DNA of 61,151 nucleotides, filler included, from Sphacelaria rigidula (taxonomy: Eukaryota): NCBI GenBank assembly GCA_964200075.2. It is 8 parts of 8 records of this genome, joined end to end, with 100 filler letters (N's around TTAATTAATTAA, not from the genome) between each part and the next. Parts side by side here need not be neighbours in the genome. Positions count along the whole stretch, not along the records: positions 45,940 to 53,495 come from CAXNAA020014349.1; positions 53,596 to 61,151 come from CAXNAA020014350.1; 6 more parts are not named here. One strand, 5' to 3'. The position numbers were made by a program, and so were the translations under genes. The notes beneath the pieces were generated by a model. That model worked only from the letters and a program-made list of their open reading frames with translations. It did no database searches and was not told the DNA's origin. Positions 51,102 to 61,151 of this stretch are shown one piece after another; the first letter of the stretch is position 1; every line of letters begins with the position of its first letter.

Positions 51102-51824
51102 CCACATGTTCTGGAACTGTCCATTTAGGCCTATTTGACCTTACAAGTGGTATCGCAATAGCATCGCGATAGAAAGAGCGACAAATTTCTCTATCGCGAT
51201 GCTATCGCGATGGACAGACATGGCCAGGATTGGTATCGCGATGACATCGCGATAGAGAGGAATTGCTTTTTTTCTATCGCCATACTATCGCGATAGAAAA
51301 AAAGGCATTCCTCTCCATCGCGATGCTATCGCGATACCATCGTTTACGATCAGAGAACATGAAATCAAGGTAAATTGTCAGGTCCTACATATTTCCTCGT
51401 GAAAATCTTTACTGTCGCCCAAGTGTCGCCAGTGGTCGTTGCAAGAAATTGCGTGATCCTGTGGCAGAATTGTCGCGGGAGGAGGTCCGTACCCCCAGGG
51501 TCCTCGCATGAAGGGACCCGTACCCCCAGTCATGGTTGAAATTTTATCATGGGTGTGAACGACATTTCATAGCATGTATAAAAGCCGTTCAGGCCCCTTC
51601 AAACAACCGTTCGGAGCCCTTCTCGCCAGATTGTGCAAGTAAATTATGTGTATCGTGATGGTATCGCGATATAAAAAACGCAATTTCTCTCTATCGCGAT
51701 GGTATCGCGATACTATCGTAATACCATCGCGATAGAGAAACTTGGCCTTTTTCTATCGCGATACTATCGCGATGGTATCGCGATAGGAAAATTTAGCGTA
51801 AAGGGTCCGTTCCAGAATATGTAG
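51102..51824. mobile_element. MITE with dense subterminal ATCGCGAT arrays
   Basis: ~25-bp imperfect TIR C(C/T)ACAT(G/A)TTCTGGAAC; about 15 ATCGCGAT palindromes clustered at 51150-51340 and 51650-51785. Confidence 0.8.
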
Positions 51825-52559
51825 GGGTCCCTATTGACCAAGGGTTCAAGTACTGTTTTATATGGATACTTGAAATCAATATCCTGTCAGACTTGCCACG
51901 TAAGCTCGTAGAATAAGGCAGTGTGCTGCCATTGTTTGTGAGTGCCGTAGCTTGAGTAAGAATCCAGTCTGAGCTGGCAAACCAACACGTCAGAGTTAAG
52001 GACGCGTCTTAGTCTACGTACGTGTAGAGCTTTGCTTTTTGTTCCAAGGATTGAGCAATTATATTTGGTGGTCCTCACTGCCCTCTACAGTCACTCTCCT
52101 TCCACTACCATCAGTTCTCCGCTTTGAGAGAAAACTGCGAGTTCTGCTTTTTTTGGCCAAATAAAGAGCCCAATCATCCATTTGTCTCACTGATTTTATT
52201 CTGAAGCTGCGGGAGCAAGTGGTCTAATCAACCACGGTGCAACCTCTGTGTACTACTGTTAGCTGAACGGTAGTTGGCCTGTCGTAAGGACAGGGCTACG
52301 AACACGAATTATTCCAGCACACATGCCAGCAAGGACGGTGCTGCGGCAATAACAGATAGATCCAATTTGAACTTAGGGGGTGTTAGTCATCGTTCATTTT
52401 CCCCAACCTCCCCCTCCCCCCAACGAGATGCCCCAGCACAGGCCATTAAGGGTGTGTGTGCGTGAGAGATTAAACACTTGTGGAGACCTTCTTGACATGC
52501 GGAGTGAAGAAAAACACCTATGGTGGTGACCCAACTGTTGCTAGCGTGGCGCGTAGGAG

Positions 52560-53122
52560 TCCGCCCATGCCGCAATCTGCAGCGCACGCTGGCCGCGTGA
52601 GCACCTGAGTAATAGGCACAACAGTACCAGCAGTGGCTTCCCATAAAACTCTCATAATTATTCTGATATCAGGAGGCCATGCATTATTATTACAACAAGC
52701 TGGGAGGCGTGACGAGAGTGCTCTACGATCAACCGCATGTCGTTGCATTCGAGACCCACGCCATCAACCGCCGACAGCAAGGGTCTTGTGGCTTTCACGC
52801 GACGCTGTCGGCAGTACGGCAAGCAAACCGGATCATAGCTACCTCCGGTCTGCGCAGTGGTGGTCACGCTAACAAACTGCACCGATTTCGCAAGACCTGC
52901 GAAAGGTAGAGAGTTTGCTTTTCATGAGCTGCATGCACAAAATGAAAACGGTTCCCAAACCCTGAGGGAGGATGACTTCCCTGTCCCCCAGCCAGGCATC
53001 CATGAACAAGGAAAGACTTTCACAGGCGGATACAACACACATCGGGGCCCGGAGAAGTTTTTTCCCATCAAAATCTGTGTCTTCGAAGCTGCAAAGTGTA
53101 CCACGCGCATTGTTTTCTAATA
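52560..53122 (+). mobile_element. piggyBac-like transposase relic, rearranged
   Basis: HYYYNKLGGV(D, after a 1-nt shift) resembles the piggyBac YNxxxGGVD motif. 52772-52970 is the reverse complement of 22672-22871, while 52975-53122 matches 22403-22549 directly. Confidence 0.5.
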
Positions 53123-53495
53123 GGGCCTTGCTATTTACGTCAATGTTGACGTACTGTGTTACATCCGCCAACGTTGGCGTAATCTGTTACATCCGTCAGC
53201 GTTCAGCATCCGCCCAACAAGCCCCGTATGGACATAGCAAGGCATGGGAAACACTCACACATTCTCTAGCTATCGTTCAAGCCATCGCACGGAGCAAACG
53301 GATCCGTAGCGGATGAGATACGTGCTTAGCTGTCACAACGTTGTGGTACACACGATGCGCTGATGACAGATAAGTGATCGAAAAGACCGCAAGCTTCGAA
53401 TAGGCAAGCCCGGGCGCCGGTCGACACGACATGAAGTTGTTACCGTGAAAGCTGAGCTCATAGGCTAGGTATAGGCAGCGGGAAGACTTGATTCG

Positions 53496-53595
53496 NNNNN
53501 NNNNNNNNNNNNNNNNNNNNNNNNNNNNNNNNNNNNNNNTTAATTAATTAANNNNNNNNNNNNNNNNNNNNNNNNNNNNNNNNNNNNNNNNNNNN
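53496..53595. other. Artificial contig spacer
   Basis: 44N-TTAATTAATTAA-44N. Confidence 0.98.
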
Positions 53596-53754
53596 TTTTT
53601 TGTTTTTTTTGTTTTCTTTTTTGTTTTTCCCGAGTTGGGGGTAGGTTTCGCCTCCCCAAATCAGCCCCTTTTTTTTTTTTGGGGGGGGGGGGCTATCGTA
53701 GACAGTGTCCCAGAGGTCTGAAACTTTGTTCTCCGAACCCTTTGCCCTCACTAA

Positions 53755-55420
53755 GGCTACTTCCTATGTTTAAAAAAAATAAAACTTGTTGAAAAGTGCA
53801 TTTTTGGCTCTTCTCCGTCGTTTTTGCCCCGAAAAGAGGGTTGGGCGGATGTTAACACCTTGGAATGATTTGCTCTACTCGCTAAGATCGTTCCAGGGCA
53901 CACATGCGTTTCCCGTAGGTCACAGTTTCGTTCTTGGCCTAGAACGCCTTTTCAATTACACACGGTCAAGTTATCGAAACACAGGGGGGAAAATGCCATT
54001 TTTTATTAGTTGTCCGTTTGTTAGTAAAAATGTAAGTTTGGTCTAAAATCAAAGTATTACCAACGGAAAACGCAAAGGTTATCTGAAATGGTCTCAGCAA
54101 GTAGAGCAAGTCATTCCAAGGTGTCAACCTCCGCCTAGCCATCTTCTCGGGAGGGAAACGACGGATAAGGTTCAAAAATGCACTTTTCAACAAGTTTTAT
54201 GTTTTCATACATAATATTAAAAACACGTTATTAGAAAAGCCCTTTTCCAACAGCACGTTTTTCAACAGAATTTTTCAAAGTAGCCCTTCTTACGTGATCG
54301 ACACACTATTTATTGACATTGAAAACGCAGTGTTCGTCGTTTTCTGTGAGGTTTGCACGCATAATTTCAAACATTCTGGGGCGCGCGAGAGGGACGCAGC
54401 ACTCTGCTGTCCTGTCGTGCTGTACGGTTCGTATACTGACCATCTGTACTACTGTGATACATCGCCTGAGCAATACATGGTGGGCTGCGTGACGCAAGGC
54501 AATCAATAAGAACACCGCCTTGCTGTACCAAATGACTGTAGAAGTGACGGTTGTGCCTTTTCACTGCACGGTAGTACTTGACTGAAAGGACAGCACAGAC
54601 AACAGTACACACAACAGTGTTGTATTGCATGCATTGACTGTAGTACTACAACAGTGGCACTATTCATAGTCTTGTGTGTACTGTCAGTACGGTCCTGTAT
54701 CTACAAGGCTTGGGTGCGTAGGCAGTCTGTACTGCAAAGCGACGTCTGTTCGCAACATGCTGTATGGACAGACCTGAACTGAGCTGCAAGTTCGCTGCAG
54801 TGCAGTACTCGGTCGTACGGGCAGCACGGACAACAGTACAGACACTACTGACTGTTGTGTTGTATGCGTTGGATGTACTACAGTAGTAGCACTACTTATC
54901 TTATAGTATTGTGTGTACTGTCAGTCCGGTCCTGTCCTGTCTCTATAAGGCTTGGGTGCGTGCTGTTCGCAACATGCTGCGTGCACGGACCTGACCTGAG
55001 CTACAATATTGCACGGACGACATACAGCACAGACTCTCCTGACTGTACAGCAGTCGCCATCGTTCCTGCCCTCTGCTGCTATCATGGGGTAAAGGGCCAC
55101 CCCGCTACAGGCGAGCGAAGGACAACGATACAACACGCTGAATGCCCGCGAGCACCAGCGACAGCTGTAGTTGTGATGGCAGCCAAACCATCACAGGTGC
55201 TGTCGTGGGCTGTGATGTGTGTTCAAACGTGTTTGAACGAGGTTCAAACGCTTTTTCGATAACATTTTCCGATAGCCCGAGGTTATCGGAAAGTTCTGAT
55301 TTTCTGATAACTTTGGGCTATCGGAAAATGTTGTCGGAAAAAAATCGTCAGAAAACGCGTTTTCTGATCACATAATGAGTGGGTTTTTGGTGAAAAAAAT
55401 TATACATAGGAAGTGTAGCC
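53755..55420. mobile_element. Non-autonomous PIF/Harbinger-like element with internal foldbacks
   Basis: TAA-GGCTAC(AC)TTCCTATGT ... ACATAGGAAGTGTAGCC-TAA; internal inverted arms 53765-53940 vs 54040-54213, a ~230-bp tandem duplication in 54640-55010, and a hairpin at 55252-55341. Confidence 0.7.
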
Positions 55421-56713
55421 TAAGGCTGTAATTTGAACCCCGGGTCGCTCAAGTACTCTCCTACCCTCCATCCGGCACTGCTTACATCGTATATCCTCGA
55501 TCCTGCAATGCTAAACATAATATAAAATACTATTGAACGTGTCGTACCGGAGACCGTTTCGATTTTTTTTGCTCAATATGTTACGAAAAAGGCTAACCTC
55601 CAACAGATAAGGGTAACTCCAAGTGAAATACAATATTTTCACGCGAAGCGCGACTATGGCCGAGCGTTTAAGAACCGCCACACGGCAAAAATCGAGGAGC
55701 CACCCAAAATCAGGGGAAGAACTATCGCATGGGACATGTCCTGCATCACTCTGCTGCAGCAAAAACACCCTCACGCTCTGTATCGTGTGCTGTAGCTGTC
55801 GCTGCGGTGTAGTGTCTGCAGGCCTTTGTGAAGACGGCTTGAGCTCCGCTGGGAATGCCTGAGTCGCTTTATATTTATCCTTCTTTTCGTCTCTATGAAA
55901 AATAATGTTTTGTCGGCACGCAGTGCTCTCTACATACTGTTGAGATCTTCATGGTGTGCTTGTTAGCTGTTCCGTCTCGAGTCAAACGAACAAGGCGGTT
56001 CCCAAACCCATAATTTCTATGCTGTAGTTGTCGCTGTGCTGTTGTGCATCTAAACACTTTACGACGATCACGGTGCGATGTGCACTGGAGAGTGCCTGAA
56101 CAGTTGTACTGCTGCATGCCGTGTTTCGGTCTGCACAGAATTGGGGTGTTATCTAAAGTGTTGTCCAAACAACGAAAGGTTAAAAACAATCGTCACGTGA
56201 CGGCTGTGCCGCTGTCTGTTGTGTGTCTCTGGTTCTTCAGTCATAGTCGGGTGCTGTAATCCGGGCAGACACGCACGACGGGTGCGTGAAGGTTGGGGCA
56301 AACAAACCCAGCCAGCACGGAGCTGCTGTATCCTCGGTGATTGTGATGGTAGCAGCTGTATCTCTCGCAGCGGCGAAATGTGGGGGCTAATCACAGCTAC
56401 TTTTCCTCTCATATTCCACTCGTTTTTCTCATCTGATCGAAGAAAGGTCGCCGCATTTCGGAGTATTTCAAGACTATGATTGGTCGAAAACCTTTCCACT
56501 CAAAATGCTTGCCTCTACCTGTGGGCCCAGTGCAACAAAAAACGCCACCGGCACAATCGCAAAATTTATATGTGCATCCGGATGCACCCTTAACACCGGC
56601 GTACACGCTTGGATAATGGCAAACAAAACTTCGATTTGAAGTCTGCCATCGCACACTCTGCCAAGGATATCTACACTTCGCACCTCTCCTTGCTCGAGTT
56701 CCCTTCATGTCTT

Positions 56714-56742
56714 GGGTTGGGGTTAGGGTTAGGGCTAGGGCT
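56714..56742 (+). repeat. Short interstitial TTAGGG-like tract
   Basis: GGGTTGGGGTTAGGGTTAGGGCTAGGGCT; a similar tract lies at 14214-14250. Confidence 0.6.
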
Positions 56743-57042
56743 AGCGTTACTGTCTTGCACGAAGATAGTCTTCCTTGTGAGGAAAAGATCGACTGTGTGA
56801 TGCAAAAGAAGGCACATGTGCTGCCGTACCGTACAGTATCGTATCGTGCGCAGAGCATACAATAGCAAGCAGACACTGCTTCAAAAAAGGTGACAGCGGT
56901 TGCAGTGGCCATCCGGAAATAGCCAAACGCTCGTTGTGTATATCATCATCCATGTATGCACACAAGTTGTTGAGGGTGCATCCGGGTGAGCACATGATAT
57001 TTGCGCAATACAACACTACACTCGTGGGTGTAATACGGTTAA

Positions 57043-58575
57043 GCCTTTTGGACCTCACAGTGGAAAATTGATCATTTGCAATTGACGGTTTTTGAGCAAG
57101 ATATGGTTGATGGTTCACAGCTTAGACGCAACAACTTTGGCCAAACGCGTATTTTTCAGACCCGTACGAGTGACAGGTGGAACAAGAGAAAGTTTCCTAT
57201 TTTCTTGCTGCGACCCGTCGGCGTTTTTTTCTACACTCATGAGCTCCTTCCCCGGCCACAGTGCGCGGCAGGCCTCTGTGAAGCATGCTTCCCGCCTGAC
57301 CTGCACGCCCTGCCCGCTGCGGTTTATACTCTTTGCAGTGTCATAGCAAGAAGGGCAACGCCGATGGCACATTCGCTAAATTTATGAGCTGGCGGTGTAA
57401 TACAATCCCAGGCAGTCACCTTAACCGGTGCCGCCGGGGGTGCTGCGACACTGCCCTGTACAGTACTGGGTGTGTTTACAGCAGTTTGGGCTAATCTCGA
57501 CTGCAGAGTCACGTCATGCACAACATCGCGCTCATGCACGTTCCGACAGCACCATCCCGCCCTTTGAAAAATGGGTAAAGGCGACGCAGACGCCATGTGC
57601 CCTGCAGTTATGCACCGTCACTGTGGTGTAGAGTCTGCAAAGTGCCGTCGCCCCAGGGGTGATACCTTACTGCTTCGTGTCATGTCTGTATTGTATTTTG
57701 AAAATATCTCTGTAAAACGCGGAACATGCACAGAACTGCGCTCTGCCAAGTACGTGCCGACAACATCATACTTCGGGCTGACTATTACACAACGGCGTAG
57801 CGAAACGCACAGTTGCCCCACCACATCTATACCGCGGGTTGATCGTTCCCGACCGTTTCATAGACATACTTCATGCTGCATGAGATTCATGACGCCGGCT
57901 ACCGCTATCGTCTCGTGCCGTCTACTCTCGTGGCCGACTTTTCACGACATGCCCACACTTATCTTGCACGGAGTGTAGCCGCAAGTCAATACTGCAACGT
58001 ACTGTATTTACTGACTGTAGTGTTTTTCATCTGGCCTGATTACGGTAGGCGGTGTCCGTTGGCTCTCTCCCGTGTATATGTATATCGCCTGTTCGGACGC
58101 CTGCGATTACGCCTGCCATGTACCACCCGCACAACCCTCTGTGCCTTCCACATGTGGTGACGGGATTTCGCTGGGTTCAGCCATACTGTGCTTGCTGTAT
58201 GTACGGTGTGGCTTGGCAAACTCGCCACCCGATGCTGCAGCCCGTCAAAGCGGCGCTTTCCCCATGTACAAATACTAATATACAAACGTGCCAGGTTGGA
58301 CCCTGGAGCCCATTCCCATTGCTATTTTTTGAATGGAATGTTTCATAGTGGTTTTGCTAATTATTATCGATGGATATAATTGGACACACTTCGTCCGTTG
58401 CGTGGTATGATTGGACAAACCTTCCCCACATTCTCCAGGGAGGACATTCTTCTTCGGGCTTCCATTATAAAAATGGTTGCCGTCGGCCTATTTTGTTTCC
58501 ATGTTTTCCTCTTCGTCAGGGCTTCTCATAATCAGGCGCTTGGCCAGGGGACAGCAGGGGAGGGTTCCAAAAGGG
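57043..58575. mobile_element. Possible piggyBac-type non-autonomous element
   Basis: TTAA-GCCTTTTGGACCTC ... GAGGGTTCCAAAAGGG-TTAA; only a short imperfect TIR. Confidence 0.35.
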
Positions 58576-58579
58576 TTAA

Positions 58580-59693
58580 TACGTCACAGTAACGTATTTT
58601 GAAACGTTTCACGTAACGTGTAACGTATTTTATACATTACACGTCACAATTGACGTTACACGTCACATTATCATACGTTTGTGACGTGTGAATGAACGTC
58701 ACAACCGTCACACGCTCAACTTGTACCACAATTAGTGTGGGATGAGCATATGTGATACTCGCATGATATGATACGTGGGTTTACGAAGAGTGTACATACG
58801 TCATCATCATACGCACGCGATGTAAGCGCAAGTTCAGCGCCACGGCAGCATGCACTGCCACAACACACCCAACCATAGAACATAGAACAAGCGAATATCG
58901 GAATCCGAAAGCGCGAGTTTCGAATTTCCGAATTTCAAATTTGCAACTTCGATAGCACAGACGGGGCGGGAGCGACGTGTAACGTAACAATGAGCGCGGC
59001 CCGGGATACCGTAACGATGACCGCAGCTCAGGGTTCCCCTTACACGGCAGAGAGAGGTTGCTGCAAGAGAGGGTCGTGCAGCAAGCGGGGCTTTGTACCT
59101 CCTTAGAATATAGATCTCCTGCATTCACGCCCTGCTGAGAGAGCAAATAATTATAACAACACAGAATCGGATTGCTATGTGTTGGGTGCCCTACGGAATG
59201 CCAACCGACTACCAGGTATCACCAACGTATGATCTGTACATACTTACGTTTGTATGTGTACATCATGGCCTGCGCGCATCTTGGTATCTCACGTACTGAT
59301 TATCGTGCATCAAAAACGTACTCATGTATTTCTTTGAAATTGCAACGTGTGAGTCAGGGACGCATGAGCGATACACTAGCTGAAACGCGTTCTTACAATA
59401 GCGAGCAGAACGCGCCTCTTGCTCGAACAAGGCATCCACCGTGAACCTCCCGTACAAGTTGCGGTACATGAAACCTTACAACATCCGACGTAGCGTTCAT
59501 TTGCCCTCAACACGGTCGAAGTGTAACGTTTCATTTTACGTTACACGTTACGTGAAACGTTTCAAAATACGTTACTGTGACGTAACGCAACGTATCACTT
59601 TTTAATACGTCACAAGTGTGACGTAACGTAACGTATGATTTTCATACGTCACCAATTGTGACGTAACGTGTAACGTGTGGCGTAAAAGCCCTG
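58580..59693. mobile_element. hAT-like non-autonomous element with ACGT-rich subterminal arrays
   Basis: Perfect 48-bp inverted repeat (58580-58627 vs 59537-59584); many ACGTCAC/ACGTAAC motifs; right end AAAAGCCCTG. The left end and TSD are unresolved. Confidence 0.7.
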
Positions 59694-60316
59694 GAAAATT
59701 CTTGGTGACTCACTACCGCAATACCCATGAATAACTTCCCAGGAATACAACATTTTGCAAGAAGGCGGTGGATAGATGGGTAGCCGTGCTCCCCTCCCCT
59801 GCCCTCCCCCGAAGGACCTACAAGCGTTGGAGAGGGATTTTGCCTTGGTTGTGTGCGGTTTACGATTTATTGCCTTTGTCGTTTGGCATTCTGGCGCTAT
59901 GTCACCCATACGCCGGAAAAGAGTAGTGCGAGGAACACGCGTCCCTGGAATATGACCATATATACGAGTTGCAGTATATTATCCTGACCCCTGCGAAGTA
60001 CCCAACCGGACATCCCTGGCTGAAAATGTCAAATTTTCTCGTCGAGATCCCATTGTCCTTTCCGATGTATGGAAATTCTTTGCTGTGAAGGATCGCGTTT
60101 TCCGACAAAAATCAGGGTTCGAGCAGTCACCACGCGGATTGCCCTGCTACGTTACCTGTGGTTCAGCCCGAGATTGCATGATAGGACACCCTCGATGTTA
60201 CGGTGTGGCGCCGAGTTCATGTACGCTTCATCTCTATGGCATGTATGTAGCTGTCGCTTGTTGCAATGGTATCGTCAATGAATGATGATCTTCGTTGTGT
60301 TTTGTCCCGCGTGCAG

Positions 60317-60441
60317 TGGTGGATGAAGATCATGAGACGATGCGGATCATGCCAATAGGTGCTGGCAACGAGGTTGGTCGCAGCTGCATCATCCTCAAAT
60401 ACATGGGCAAGACCATCATGCTCGACTGCGGCATTCACCCG
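60317..60441 (+). CDS. CPSF3: Cleavage and polyadenylation specificity factor 73 kDa endonuclease (CPSF3/YSH1), N-terminal exon
   Basis: VDEDHETMRIMPIGAGNEVGRSCIILKYMGKTIMLDCGIHP matches CPSF3 (PLGAGQEVGRSCIIL..KGRKIMLDCGIHP); acceptor tgcag| and donor |gtgcgt. Confidence 0.92.
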
Positions 60442-61069
60442 GTGCGTACGTGCGTGGGTGCGTGTGGTTGTGTTGTATCTACTGAACATGCTAGTGAAAA
60501 TTATTGGTTAATCCGCAACGCTCGACTTGGCCATCATCCATTCCGGGCCGATTTTCCATGATTAACATTTTAAAACTAATCTAGATGGTACAATGCACCG
60601 CTGCGATTTAGCATCTCGGTTGAGTTAGAACGTTTGGAATCAATATTTACCATTCATTGGACGTATCCGTGGAAGTTTTCCTCTTTGCCAACACCATCGG
60701 TGTTTGTTTTTTCCCAGTCCCGTCAGAAACACCGACACCTATTACAACGTGAAATATTACGATAAGCAAATTCCGAAAGCTCGTCTTGCCCAGCCCCGAC
60801 CAAACGGACAGTTTCTTTGCCCGCTGGAGGATGCTAGCAACGCATGTGACAACGAGCAATACCCCTGGAGACATTTTCGGTGACCCCAACGTTATCAGGA
60901 ACGGCGGCGAGCAGAGGTCAAACCAGGCAGCTGTAGGCGTGTTCCATGATACGGTCCTCTGTTTAGATGCAAGGAACATGTCTGTGAACTTTCCCGACTG
61001 CGTTCATCCCAAGCTTGATGCCATGCATCTCGGTCTGACTCCACCTGCGATCCTCCCCCTCTCCAACGA

Positions 61070-61151
61070 AACGGTGCTCCGTCTCGAAAGGGATGCGTGG
61101 TCAGTGATGAAATGAATGAGGCGAGCAATAAATGAGTACGCCCCCCCCCCC
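61070..61151 (+). repeat. Dispersed repeat shared with 7410-7557
   Basis: ACGGTGCTCCGTCTCGAAAGGGATGCGTGGTCA...AAATGAGTACGCCCCCCC. Confidence 0.7.

Overview
Eukaryotic, transposon-rich nuclear DNA, most likely a brown alga (Phaeophyceae). This is an inference from the repeat families, small exons in long introns and an apparent plastid transit peptide. The window is not one locus: it is eight unrelated contigs of 7556-7557 bp joined by 100-bp artificial spacers (44 N + TTAATTAATTAA + 44 N), so adjacency across spacers means nothing. Host genes appear only as isolated spliced exons: TRIP13/PCH2 (two exons, with a ~140-aa low-complexity insertion), a TXNL1-like PITH-domain protein (last two exons), a YqeY/Aim41-family protein and CPSF3/YSH1. 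Retroelements are a decayed Ty1/copia, a decayed chromovirus-type Ty3/gypsy with its 3' LTR, a more degraded gypsy-like element, an RTE-type LINE relic and tRNA-derived SINE fragments. There are also two piggyBac-like transposase relics and many non-autonomous TIR/foldback elements, several with clean TSDs (TA, TAA, 8 bp). The most unusual structures are a ~2.4-kb near-loopless palindrome split by a 3.7-kb retroelement, a 42-bp tandem array whose units are hairpins, a 62-bp loopless palindrome, and MITEs built on different CpG-rich motifs. I found no intact autonomous element, CRISPR array, rRNA or tRNA gene, and no clearly new functional system; the findings are leads to check.
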